Shown piece by piece: positions 1 to 8,629 of a DNA stretch of 36,704 bases (the stretch's first letter is position 1; each line of letters starts with the position of its first letter). The stretch lies in the sequence record DRR378314_543. The stretch is one strand, 5' to 3'. Below the pieces are notes generated by a model. The model searched no databases and was not told where the DNA came from. It was given only the letters and a program-made list of their open reading frames with translations. A program made the translations under genes and the position numbers.

Positions 1-1
1 C

Positions 2-1462
2 TACACCGCCGGCGGCTTCACCCACAGCTATGATCGCAACGGCTATGAGTGGGACGTGGGCGTGCACTACATCGGCGATGTGGGCGCGGACCACACCCTG
101 AGCAAGCGCCTGTTCGACCACATTACCGACGGCCAATTGAAGTGGGCGCCCATGGACAGCCACTTTGACCGCATCTTCATCGGCAACCGCCATGTGGATC
201 TGGTCGCTGGCCCCGATGCGTTCAAGGCCGAGCTTAAGAAGGAATTCCCTGGCGAGGAGCAGGCCATCGACACCTATCTGGGCTACCTGCGCCAGGTGGC
301 CAAGGCCATGCCCGGCCTGGTACTCGGGAAGGTCTTGCCGGACCTGGCGGCTGGCCCGCTGCGCAAGCTGGTGACCAGGGCTGCACCGTCTTTCCTGAAC
401 CGACCCACGCGGGAAGTGCTTGAAGGCCTGACCAACAACCAGGAACTGATCGCGGTGCTGACCGGCCAGTGGGGCGACAACGGCCTGCCGCCGGCGGAAT
501 CCAGCTTCATCATCCACGCCCTGATCGCTCGCCATTATCTTTATGGTGGCTACTATCCCATCGGCGGTGCCTCGGAAATGGCCAAGACTATTATTCCGGT
601 CATCCAGCAGAGCGGTGGGGAAGTGTTCACCTACGCCGATGTGAAAGAAATCCTGATCGAGAAGGGCAAAGCCGTGGGCGTGCGCATGGCGGACGGCGAG
701 GACGTTCGCGCCCCACTTGTGATCAGCAACGCCGGCGTATTCAACACCTTCGACAAGCTGTTGCCGGAAACCGCGCCCCACCGGGACTATTACCAGGAAA
801 AGCTGAAAACCGTGGAACGTTCCATGGCCAGCAACTGCCTGTACATCGGCCTGGAAGATACCGCCGAGAACCTGAAGTTGCCGAAGACCAATTACTGGAT
901 GTACCCGGGCACCAACTATGAGAAACAGGTCAGCGACTTCATCGCCGCACCGGATGAGCACGACATTCCGCTGACGTACATCTCGTTCCCGTCCGCCAAG
1001 GACCCGAGCTTTGCCGAGCGCTACCCTGGCCGCGCCACCATCGAGATCGTCGCCCCCGGGCCTTATGACTGGTATGAGGACTGGGCGGATGAAACCTGGG
1101 GCAAGCGTGGCGACGAGTACGAAGCCAAGAAAGAAGCCTACGCCCAACGGCTGCTGGCCAAGCTGTACGAGAAGTTCCCGCACCTGGAAGGCAAGGTGGA
1201 CTACTACGAACTGTCCACGCCGCTGTCCACCGACTACTTCTGCCGCTACAGCAAGGGCGAGATCTACGGCCTGAACCACACCCCTAGCCGATTTGAGCAG
1301 GATTGGCTGAAGCCCAAAACCCGCATTCCCGGCCTGTACCTGACCGGTCAGGACGTGATGACCTGCGGCGTGGCCGGTGCGATGATCGGTGGGTTACTGG
1401 CCACCGTGGCGGTCAGTGGCCTGAAGGGATTGCCGTTGGCGAAGAAGATGTTTGTGGGGTAA
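2..1462 (+). CDS. NAD(P)/FAD-dependent oxidoreductase, phytoene desaturase / all-trans-retinol 13,14-reductase-like (5'-truncated by window edge)
   Basis: The frame is open from base 2 (YTAGGFTHSYDRNGYEWDVGVHYIG). It has GGYYPIGGASEMA, VISNAG, the STPLS...GEIYGL segment and a C-terminal TRIPGLYLTGQD..TCGVAGA, all typical of the CrtI/RetSat family. Confidence 0.8.
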   Translation, partial: YTAGGFTHSYDRNGYEWDVGVHYIGDVGADHTLSKRLFDHITDGQLKWAPMDSHFDRIFIGNRHVDLVAGPDAFKAELKKEFPGEEQAIDTYLGYLRQVAKAMPGLVLGKVLPDLAAGPLRKLVTRAAPSFLNRPTREVLEGLTNNQELIAVLTGQWGDNGLPPAESSFIIHALIARHYLYGGYYPIGGASEMAKTIIPVIQQSGGEVFTYADVKEILIEKGKAVGVRMADGEDVRAPLVISNAGVFNTFDKLLPETAPHRDYYQEKLKTVERSMASNCLYIGLEDTAENLKLPKTNYWMYPGTNYEKQVSDFIAAPDEHDIPLTYISFPSAKDPSFAERYPGRATIEIVAPGPYDWYEDWADETWGKRGDEYEAKKEAYAQRLLAKLYEKFPHLEGKVDYYELSTPLSTDYFCRYSKGEIYGLNHTPSRFEQDWLKPKTRIPGLYLTGQDVMTCGVAGAMIGGLLATVAVSGLKGLPLAKKMFVG

Positions 1463-1466
1463 GCCC

Positions 1467-2423
1467 TCATTCACAACATTCCAGCAACCGAGTGGCGTGC
1501 TCCCGCAGGGCATCTTTGAGACCGTCAGGCTTGAGGATGGTAAACCGGAACGGGAGCTGCGCCAGCCACCAGGCGAACCACTCAAAACTGTCGGTTTGGG
1601 TGGTCAGCAGCAGGCCATCCTCCCGCTGTTCAAACCCCTCGGCGCAGGAGGAGTGAAAACCGAACACGGCTGAGGCGGACTCGCGGTCCGTATGGAGCAA
1701 CAGGGACACCTCGTGGGTGCGGCCCCAGGACAGAAAGCTTTCACTCAGAAAATCCGCCGCATCGAAATCTGGTGGCCGCTGGAAAGTGGTCGTTAACAGG
1801 TGGACCCTGCTGATGCGATCCAGCCGGAACGAGCGCATGGCCTGACGGAGATGGCAGAAGCCGGTGAGGTACCAGCGGCCCTGGCGGAACACCAGGCCGT
1901 AGGGATCAACGCTGCGGTCGATGCCGCCATGATCCGGGGAGTGGTAGGTAAACCCTACCGAGCGCATCGCTTCCGTGGCAACGGTCAGGGTTTGCAGGGC
2001 GCGGTCGTCCAGGCTGGGTTCGCCGCGCGGCAGGATCACCCGGGTGGTGTCGCTGACACCGCGTACCCGCTTCTTCAGGTTGGCCGGCATCACCCGTTCG
2101 AGTTTCGCCTGCACGCTGGCAATGGCCGGCGCGGCATCCGCCAGCCCAAGCTGTCGGGCGGCCAGCAGCCCAAGGGAGACCGCCAGGGTTTCCTCGTCGG
2201 TGAACATCATCGGTGGCAACTTGAAGCCTGCCACCAGCCGGTAGCCACCGTAACGCCCCTGCTCTGTCATCACGGGAATGCCCAGGTCTTCGAGCACGGT
2301 GATGTAGCGCCGGATGGTTCGCCGGTCCACACCCAGCCGTTCCGCCAGTTCGGCACCGCCGATCTGACCGTGGGTCTGCAACAACTCCAGCACGGTTAAC
2401 ACCCGTGTCGTAGGGCCAGACAT
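1467..2423 (-). CDS. YafY-family HTH-WYL transcriptional regulator
   Basis: N-terminal winged HTH (GAELAERLGVDRRTIRRYITVLEDLG...GRYGGY), LPPMMFTDEE linker and WYL domain (RWYLTGFCHLRQAMRSFRLDRI). Strong AGGAGG-type SD upstream on the minus strand. Confidence 0.92.
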   Translation of the reverse strand: MSGPTTRVLTVLELLQTHGQIGGAELAERLGVDRRTIRRYITVLEDLGIPVMTEQGRYGGYRLVAGFKLPPMMFTDEETLAVSLGLLAARQLGLADAAPAIASVQAKLERVMPANLKKRVRGVSDTTRVILPRGEPSLDDRALQTLTVATEAMRSVGFTYHSPDHGGIDRSVDPYGLVFRQGRWYLTGFCHLRQAMRSFRLDRISRVHLLTTTFQRPPDFDAADFLSESFLSWGRTHEVSLLLHTDRESASAVFGFHSSCAEGFEQREDGLLLTTQTDSFEWFAWWLAQLPFRFTILKPDGLKDALREHATRLLECCE

Positions 2424-2486
2424 CGTCGCCTTCCTCCTGGCAGCTTTTTCGGTTATTCACATTAAAAATGCATCTTCCCATTTATC

Positions 2487-2520
2487 TAGGACAGATATTG
2501 GCCTATTTCCACATTAATCT
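2487..2520 (+). promoter_or_regulatory. Putative WYL-regulator operator (TAGGACA-N5-TGGCCTA) plus -10 box TAATCT for the GST gene
   Basis: 19-bp inverted repeat at 2487-2505 (7-bp arms, one mismatch) in the divergent intergenic region, with TAATCT at 2515-2520. Confidence 0.6.
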
Positions 2521-2573
2521 GATCTCGCAGTAACCCATTCCCCTGAAAACACAGGCTTGAAAAGGAGATCAGC

Positions 2574-3209
2574 ATGTCGGAACTCACCTTTTACACCCAC
2601 CCCATGTCACGCGGCCGTGTTGTACGCTGGATGCTGGAAGAAGTCGGCATTCCCTACACCGTCGAGACGATGGACTTCGGCCCGGACATGAAAACCCCGG
2701 AATACCTGGCCATCAACCCGATGGGCAAGGTGCCCGCCATCAAACACGGCAACACCGTTGTGACCGAGGTGGCGGCCATCTGTGCTTACCTCGCGGACCA
2801 GTTCCCGGACAAGAAGCTCGCCCCACCGTCAGGCTCTGCGGAGCGCGGCGCCTACTATCGCTGGCTGTTTTTCATGGCAGGCCCTTTCGAGATGGCCACC
2901 AGCGCCCTGGCTTACGGCTGGAAGATAGACAGCACAAACGTCCAGGCCGTCGGCTGCGGCCGGGTGGAAGACAGCATCAATACACTGGAGAAGGTGCTGA
3001 GTAAGAGCCCCTACATTTGCGGCGATACCTTCACCGCAGCGGATGTGCTGGTCAGCAGTTACTTGTGGTGGGAAACCATGCAGAAGAACATCCCGCCAAA
3101 CGCGGTGTTCAAGGACTACATCCAACGCACGGAAGGCCGGCCAGCGGCGAAGCGCGCCAATGAACTGGATGATGCTTTGGCTGAAACGATGAAAGCAGTC
3201 GAGGCCTGA
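2574..3209 (+). CDS. Glutathione S-transferase family protein
   Basis: SRGRVVRWMLEEVG, INPMGKVPAI, TEVAAICAYLAD and YICGDTFTAADV motifs. AAGGAG SD upstream. Confidence 0.93.
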   Translation: MSELTFYTHPMSRGRVVRWMLEEVGIPYTVETMDFGPDMKTPEYLAINPMGKVPAIKHGNTVVTEVAAICAYLADQFPDKKLAPPSGSAERGAYYRWLFFMAGPFEMATSALAYGWKIDSTNVQAVGCGRVEDSINTLEKVLSKSPYICGDTFTAADVLVSSYLWWETMQKNIPPNAVFKDYIQRTEGRPAAKRANELDDALAETMKAVEA

Positions 3210-3211
3210 GT

Positions 3212-4129
3212 TCAGCCAGCAGCAGCCGGCGATACTGAGCACAATCCGCCTGGTACGTTCAGTACCCAATCGCGGATAGCCAGTATCGTCGGGTCTTGCC
3301 GGCGGCTTTCCGGGTACACCAGGTAGAAAGGCTTACCTTCAAGCTCGGGGCCGAAGGGCTGCACCAGGCGCCCTTCGGCCAACTCATCCTCAATCAACGG
3401 CCGGCTCATCAATGCCACGCCCTGGCCACCTACCGCAGCGGAGATGGCGTGGGTTTCATCCGAAAACACCAACCCGGCACTGACATCCATCCCCGGTATT
3501 CCCGCCTGTTTCTGCCAACCCGCCCAATCTATCGGGTTGACTATGGTCTGCTGGGGACGAAAGTGAATCAACGGATGGTTGGGCAGATCTTCAGGCCGTT
3601 TCAGCCCGAGGTGGGGGCTGCAAGCCGGTATAAACGTGTTATCGAACAGCTTCTCCGCGACCACACCCGGCCAATGACCATCACCGTAGCGAACGGCGAG
3701 ATCCGCCGTGACCCCGTCCAGGGCCACTGGTTCGTGTGAGGCGTGGATGCGCAGATCAATGTTCGGATGGCTGTCCCGCAAGATACACACCCAGGACAAA
3801 AGCCAGCGAACCGCCACAGCCGGCGTGGTCGACAGGGTCACCGCCTGGCGCGATGGCACCGCCTTCAGCCGCTCAATAGCATTGCTGATGTTATCGAACG
3901 CAGCCCCCAGCACCTCCTGCAGTTCTCGCCCTTGGGACGTCAGCACCAATTGCCGGGGTTTGCGAATGAATAGCTCAACCCCCAGTGCCTCCTCAAGCCC
4001 GCGAATCTGATGGCTGATGGCCGTGGCGGTCACCGACAGCTCCTGGGCAGCCTGCTTGGCACTCTCATGGCGGGCGGCGGCCTCGAAGGCTCGCAAGGCG
4101 GATAGCGAAGGCAGGCGACGGGGATTCAT
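3212..4129 (-). CDS. LysR-family transcriptional regulator (GcvA-like)
   Basis: LPSLSALRAFEAAARHES...AAQELSVTATAISHQIRGLEEALGVELF HTH, followed by a GcvA-like effector domain (DLAVRYG, AVGGQGVAL). Confidence 0.93.
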   Translation of the reverse strand: MNPRRLPSLSALRAFEAAARHESAKQAAQELSVTATAISHQIRGLEEALGVELFIRKPRQLVLTSQGRELQEVLGAAFDNISNAIERLKAVPSRQAVTLSTTPAVAVRWLLSWVCILRDSHPNIDLRIHASHEPVALDGVTADLAVRYGDGHWPGVVAEKLFDNTFIPACSPHLGLKRPEDLPNHPLIHFRPQQTIVNPIDWAGWQKQAGIPGMDVSAGLVFSDETHAISAAVGGQGVALMSRPLIEDELAEGRLVQPFGPELEGKPFYLVYPESRRQDPTILAIRDWVLNVPGGLCSVSPAAAG

Positions 4130-4132
4130 GGC

Positions 4133-4145
4133 TGAATTTGTCTCA
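4133..4145. promoter_or_regulatory. Putative LysR recognition site (T-N11-A, TGA-N7-TCA)
   Basis: TGAATTTGTCTCA lies directly upstream of the lysR start codon, in the lysR/azoreductase divergent region. Confidence 0.5.
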
Positions 4146-4250
4146 TCTATAGGTGCGAAAAATCATCGTTTGTGGCCCTTTAAGTATGGTTTTAGGCTTA
4201 ATTCACTGTCAACAACAGATGAATTTACTTACAACCTGATGGAGCCCAAA

Positions 4251-4973
4251 ATGACCCATATCCTGCAACTCGACGCCTCCGCCCGTCCCGGCCGCGCCGG
4301 CATCCATGAACACGGTTCCCACAGCCGCAGCCTGACACACCGGTTTGTTTCCCGGTGGCAGGCCCGGCGCCCCGGCGATACGGCGACCTACCGTGACATC
4401 GGTAGCACGCCGCCATCCTTCATTGATCGGGAGTGGATACAGGCGGCCTTTACTCCCCCCGAAAAGCACGAGCCCTGGATGAACGACACGCTGGAAGAAA
4501 GTGACCAGTTGATAGACGAACTTGTCGCAGCGGACATCCTCATCATCGGCGCTCCACTCTATAATTTTGGTATGCCAGCAGCGCTGAAAGCATGGGTGGA
4601 CCTGGTTGTTCGCATGGGCAGGACCGTGGAATACGACCCCTCCACTCCCGAAGCCCCCTTTACCCCGCTACTCGCCGACCGCCCGCGCCATGCGGTTATC
4701 CTGTCTTCCCGCGGTGGCGTTGGCTTTGGACCGGGAGGCGAGCTGGCACACATGAATCACCTTGAACCAAGCCTGACCACGGTGCTTGAGTTTATCGGCA
4801 TCACCAACGTGCACAGCATTGCCATTGAAAATCAGGAGGAAGGCGGTGAGGTGTTGGCGGAATCCGTTGCCGAGGCGGAACGGCGGGTGGATGGACTGGT
4901 GGTGCAGTTGCAGGAAAAACTCGCGGGCACCGCACCTGCAACGACCTCGCCATCACTGGTAGGCTCCGTGTAA
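4251..4973 (+). CDS. azoR: FMN-dependent NADH-azoreductase (AzoR/AcpD family)
   Basis: ILQLDASAR, SDQLIDELVAADILIIGAPLYNFGMPAALKAWVD and SSRGG motifs. Start moved to ATG 4251, which has a GGAG SD at 4241-4244; the longer ORF from 4017 overlaps lysR. Confidence 0.88.
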   Translation: MTHILQLDASARPGRAGIHEHGSHSRSLTHRFVSRWQARRPGDTATYRDIGSTPPSFIDREWIQAAFTPPEKHEPWMNDTLEESDQLIDELVAADILIIGAPLYNFGMPAALKAWVDLVVRMGRTVEYDPSTPEAPFTPLLADRPRHAVILSSRGGVGFGPGGELAHMNHLEPSLTTVLEFIGITNVHSIAIENQEEGGEVLAESVAEAERRVDGLVVQLQEKLAGTAPATTSPSLVGSV

Positions 4974-4992
4974 TCGCCAACAAGGACATTCC

Positions 4993-5487
4993 ATGCTCTG
5001 CTTCTGCTACGGCTCCAACATGTCACACCGACGACTCCAGGCCCGGGTTCCCTCCGCCCGGTTCGTGGCCGTGGCAGAGCTTCCCGCCCATCGGCTCCGC
5101 TTCCATAAATCCGCCGGGGACGGCTCCGCCAAATGCGACGCGGAGGAAACCGGCAACCCGGAAGACCGGGTGATTGGTGTGGTTTATGAGATCGCCGATG
5201 CGGAAAAGCACGATCTGGACCGGCATGAGGCACTGGGATTTGGTTATGATGAAAAGCAGGTAGTGCTGAAAAGCGCAAAGGGCGCCCTGCACGCCTGGAT
5301 GTACTACGCCACTCGCATCAACAACTCGCTAAAGCCCTTTCACTGGTACAAGGACCACGTGCTCATCGGTGCCCGGGAAAATGGCCTGCCGACGGACTAC
5401 ATTGCGCGGATTGAAGCCGTGGAGTCCATTGATGACCCCAAACCTGAGCGGCATGCCCGGGAGCTGTCCATTTACAGCAATACATAA
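4993..5487 (+). CDS. Gamma-glutamylcyclotransferase family protein
   Basis: N-terminal FCYGSNM, VIGVVYEI and LDRHEA (catalytic-Glu position). AAGGA SD upstream. Confidence 0.85.
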   Translation: MLCFCYGSNMSHRRLQARVPSARFVAVAELPAHRLRFHKSAGDGSAKCDAEETGNPEDRVIGVVYEIADAEKHDLDRHEALGFGYDEKQVVLKSAKGALHAWMYYATRINNSLKPFHWYKDHVLIGARENGLPTDYIARIEAVESIDDPKPERHARELSIYSNT

Positions 5488-5552
5488 GTTGCCAAAAACA
5501 AAAAAAGAAACTAATGTGTTTCTTAAACCCGGAAAAGCAACTTATAAGTTTC
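5477..5552. promoter_or_regulatory. Three 16-bp palindromic operators upstream of the hipBA-like operon
   Basis: GCAATACATAAGTTGC (5477-5492), GAAACTAATGTGTTTC (5507-5522) and GCAACTTATAAGTTTC (5537-5552) start exactly 30 bp apart in an AT-rich stretch. Confidence 0.7.
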
Positions 5553-5555
5553 CAA

Positions 5556-5879
5556 ATGACTTCACTACTGGACCAGATCAAACAACGCAGGTTGGACATG
5601 AGGCTGAAACAGCACGATATGATGATGCGTGTCGGCATGTCCCGTCAGCAATACCAGCGCCTGGAAACCAAGGGTAACCCCAGGCTCGATACGCTTGAAC
5701 TGGTTGCCATGGGACTGAAAAGCGAGCTGGTTCTGGTCCCCCAGGAAAAGCTGGAAGCAGTTATGGCTGTCCTGGCGAACACAACGACCGAACAACCCAC
5801 TCACGATAGCCGCCCCTCCGAACCGGAAAAGCCGCTTTCGGATGATCCCTGGCGAGGTTTGCTGGAGGATAACGAATGA
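5556..5879 (+). CDS. hipB: HipB-like XRE/Cro HTH antitoxin
   Basis: IKQRRLDMRLKQHDM...VGMSRQQYQRLETKGNPRLDTLELVAMGL is an XRE HTH. Its stop overlaps the hipA start (ATGA at 5876-5879). The start could instead be 5514. Confidence 0.82.
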   Translation: MTSLLDQIKQRRLDMRLKQHDMMMRVGMSRQQYQRLETKGNPRLDTLELVAMGLKSELVLVPQEKLEAVMAVLANTTTEQPTHDSRPSEPEKPLSDDPWRGLLEDNE

Positions 5880-7150
5880 ACGATCCAGCAAGCGAGGACG
5901 TCAATGTCCTTCAACTGACGCTTCACGGACGACTGGTGGGCTATCTGGCCGGCTTCAGGAATGGCCGCAATGTTCTGAGTTTTGTGGGCGAATTTACGAG
6001 AGACGCAAACCGCCCGACTTTCAGCCTGATCACTCACCCCCAATTTCCGAACTCCGAAAAGCTTCTCAGAGAATCCTGGGCCCGTAACCAAAGGCTTCAT
6101 CCCGCGCTATCCAACCTCTTGCCGGAAGGATCGCTCAGGGAATTGCTTGCACAGAGTTTGAAGGTTCATATCGATAACGAATTTCACCTGTTCTCCTATC
6201 TTGGGGAAGACCTGCCAGGCGCATTGATCGCCACCCCCATGGCACCCGAAGACGTTCCAGACAGCGTGCTATCCACCCACGGCAAGGCGAAGGCTGTGAA
6301 GTTCGAAAAACCCAATCTCGAAAACCGGTTCTCCCTGGCGGGCGTGCAGATGAAATTTTCCATGAAGGAAAAGGAAGGGCGCTACAACTTGACGAAGGGT
6401 GACGAACTGGGCGACTGGATTATCAAAACCCCTTCCACCAAACACAGTCATGTCCCCCTGAACGAATACACGGCAATGACCCTGGCCTCCATGGCCGGCA
6501 TCGATATCCCGGACATCAAGCTGGTGGACCTGGATAAGCTTGATAACCTTCCACCCATTAATCTACCGGAGGAGAGGCAAGCATTCGCGATCAAGCGGTT
6601 TGACCGGGATGGGCGCACGCGCATTCACATGGAGGACTTTGCCCAGATCCTGGTGAAGTATCCCCACGAAAAATACGACTCGGCGAACTACGAGCAGATC
6701 GGCAGAGTAATTTACGACTATTCCGGCGATGGCCTGGCAGACACCCAACAACTTGCCCGCCGGCTGTTAGTGAATATCCTGCTCGCCAATGGGGATGCCC
6801 ATCTGAAAAACTGGAGCCTGGTCTATCCTGACCAGGTTACGCCCCGGCTGTCACCCGCCTACGATATCGTCACAACCCGCGTTTATATCGAGAATGAGAG
6901 TGAGTTTGCGCTTAACCTGGGGAAAAACAAGCGCTGGTACACCACGACCATGAACCACTTCCAGGTCTGGGCAGAGAAGTCCGGGATACCTTGGCGGGTC
7001 ATCAAGCCCCATCTGGACGACACTCTGGAAAAAGCCCGAACCTTGTGGCCACAGGCCCTCCAAGAACTACCCATGGCGGACGCCCACAAAAACATATTGA
7101 GAGCCCACTGGCAGGCGCTGGAAGACGATTTCAGGATACAGCTCCGTTAA
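5876..7150 (+). CDS. hipA: HipA-family Ser/Thr kinase toxin
   Basis: SNLLPEG (HipA N-terminal domain), FSLAGVQMK P-loop, WIIK, IKRFDR, HMEDFAQ, NGDAHLKNWS catalytic loop and LSPAYD. Confidence 0.93.
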   Translation: MNDPASEDVNVLQLTLHGRLVGYLAGFRNGRNVLSFVGEFTRDANRPTFSLITHPQFPNSEKLLRESWARNQRLHPALSNLLPEGSLRELLAQSLKVHIDNEFHLFSYLGEDLPGALIATPMAPEDVPDSVLSTHGKAKAVKFEKPNLENRFSLAGVQMKFSMKEKEGRYNLTKGDELGDWIIKTPSTKHSHVPLNEYTAMTLASMAGIDIPDIKLVDLDKLDNLPPINLPEERQAFAIKRFDRDGRTRIHMEDFAQILVKYPHEKYDSANYEQIGRVIYDYSGDGLADTQQLARRLLVNILLANGDAHLKNWSLVYPDQVTPRLSPAYDIVTTRVYIENESEFALNLGKNKRWYTTTMNHFQVWAEKSGIPWRVIKPHLDDTLEKARTLWPQALQELPMADAHKNILRAHWQALEDDFRIQLR

Positions 7151-7152
7151 AG

Positions 7153-8436
7153 TCACACCCCCAACCGATCCCGCAACGCGTAGTACCAGGCACCCATTGC
7201 CGTCAAAGGCACCCGGAATGTTCGCCCACCCGGGAACGGGTAATGCGGCAGGCTGGCGAAGGCATCGAAACGCTCGGCTTGGCCCTGAATGGCCATCGCC
7301 AACGCCTTGCCCGCGACATGGGTGAAGGTAACGCCGTGGCCGGAGCAGCCCTGGGAATAGAACACATTATCCTGCAGCCGACCCATTTGCGGCAGGCGTG
7401 ACAGGGTGAGGAGGAAGTTACCGGTCCAGGCGTAGTCGATCTTCACATTCGCCAGTTGCGGGAAGGTTTTCAGCATATTCGGGCGAATCAGCCTCTCAAT
7501 GTTGGCCGGGTCGCGGGCGCCGTAGACCACGCCACCGCCGTAGATCAGTCGTTTGTCGCCGGACAGGCGGAAGTAGTCCAGCAGGTAGTTGCAGTCTTCC
7601 ACGCAGTTGTCCTGCGGCAGGAGTTGTCTGGCGAGAGCCTCTTCCAACGGCTCGGTGGCGATAATCTGGGAGCCGCAGGGCATGGACTTGGCGCCCAGCT
7701 GCGGCACCAGGCCGCCAAGGTAGGCATTGCCCGCCAACACCACAAACGGTGCCCGCACCTCACCTTGAGCGGTTTTCACCGTGGCTGGCTGGCCATGGAC
7801 GATGCCTGTGGCGGCTGAATGCTCGTGGATTACGCCACCGAGGGATTCCAGGGCGGCCGCCTCGCCCAGGGCCAGGTTCAGGGGGTGGATATGGCCGCCG
7901 CTGTGATCAATTGCACCGCCCACATATCGCTCGGTGCCGACCCGGGCATGAATCCCTTCCCGGTCCAGCAATTCCAGTTCTCCGTATCCGAACCGCCGCC
8001 AGAGTGCCTGCTGGTCTTCCATATGGCGAAGCTGCCGCGTATTCAGGGCCGCAAAAATGCCGCCGTCTTTCAGGTCACACTGGATGCCGTAGTCCCGTAC
8101 TCGTTGACGGATAATCTGGCTGCCCTCAAACGCCATGTTCGCCAGCAGGTTCAAATGGTCTGGCGTGGTCTGGCGCTCAATAGCGTCCAGGTCACGGCTG
8201 AAGCTGTTGACGATCTGTCCGCCATTGCGGCCGGAGGCACCCCAGCCCACGGTGGCCGCTTCCAGAACCACCACCCGGAAACCGGCTTCGGCAAGGAAGA
8301 GTGCGGTGGATAACCCGGTATAGCCAGCGCCGACCACGCACACATCGGCCTCGCAAACGCCCTGAAGCGCCGGCCGTGCCGGGGCCGGATTGGCCGACGC
8401 TGCGTAATAGGATGGAACCGGGGAATACTGGGTCAT
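7153..8436 (-). CDS. puuB: Gamma-glutamylputrescine oxidoreductase (FAD-dependent, PuuB/PauB-like)
   Basis: SYYAAS, VVGAGYTGLSTA, GASGRNGGQ, HIHPLNLALGEA, DYAWTGNFLLTLSRLPQ and GCSGHG motifs. It neighbours puuC- and puuA-like genes. Confidence 0.88.
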   Translation of the reverse strand: MTQYSPVPSYYAASANPAPARPALQGVCEADVCVVGAGYTGLSTALFLAEAGFRVVVLEAATVGWGASGRNGGQIVNSFSRDLDAIERQTTPDHLNLLANMAFEGSQIIRQRVRDYGIQCDLKDGGIFAALNTRQLRHMEDQQALWRRFGYGELELLDREGIHARVGTERYVGGAIDHSGGHIHPLNLALGEAAALESLGGVIHEHSAATGIVHGQPATVKTAQGEVRAPFVVLAGNAYLGGLVPQLGAKSMPCGSQIIATEPLEEALARQLLPQDNCVEDCNYLLDYFRLSGDKRLIYGGGVVYGARDPANIERLIRPNMLKTFPQLANVKIDYAWTGNFLLTLSRLPQMGRLQDNVFYSQGCSGHGVTFTHVAGKALAMAIQGQAERFDAFASLPHYPFPGGRTFRVPLTAMGAWYYALRDRLGV

Positions 8437-8572
8437 GGAGGTGCGCCAAATGGGTTATCAAAAGGGTTCTTGGGCAGGCAATGAAAAGGGCAATCCTGTC
8501 GCCCGCCGAGCCCAGTCTATGCCGGCTTTCAGCGCACGGGAAGACACGTTCTTGTACCTATATGGAAGGCCG

Positions 8573-8600
8573 TCGACGCGGCTCAAACACCTGCTATGAT
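8573..8600 (+). promoter_or_regulatory. Possible sigma70 promoter for puuC (extended -10 TG-C-TATGAT)
   Basis: TGCTATGAT at 8592-8600 and a weak -35 TCGACG at 8573-8578 (16-bp spacer), about 30 bp upstream of ATG 8630. Confidence 0.4.
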
Positions 8601-8629
8601 GGCCCCATTCCATTGCCTGCGAGGCTGCC

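Noticed and set aside
4017-4250. N-terminal extension of the azoreductase ORF; similar extensions on potH, livF, livG and the hydrolase
   Set aside because: The extensions overlap neighbouring genes or promoters. Family homology begins at the downstream start codons.
5477-5552. 30-bp periodic repeats read as a mini-CRISPR array
   Set aside because: The units are 16-bp degenerate palindromes with 14-bp gaps, too short for repeat-spacer units. There are no cas genes, and the position fits operators.
1467-7150. WYL regulator plus HipA read as an anti-phage defence island (BrxR/CapW-like)
   Set aside because: The WYL protein is YafY-type and paired with a GST. No restriction, BREX, CBASS or other defence effector genes are present.
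8437-8629. Search for a PuuR/PauR-type palindrome in the puuB/puuC divergent region
   Set aside because: Only partial matches such as CTCAAACA were seen, with no convincing dyad.
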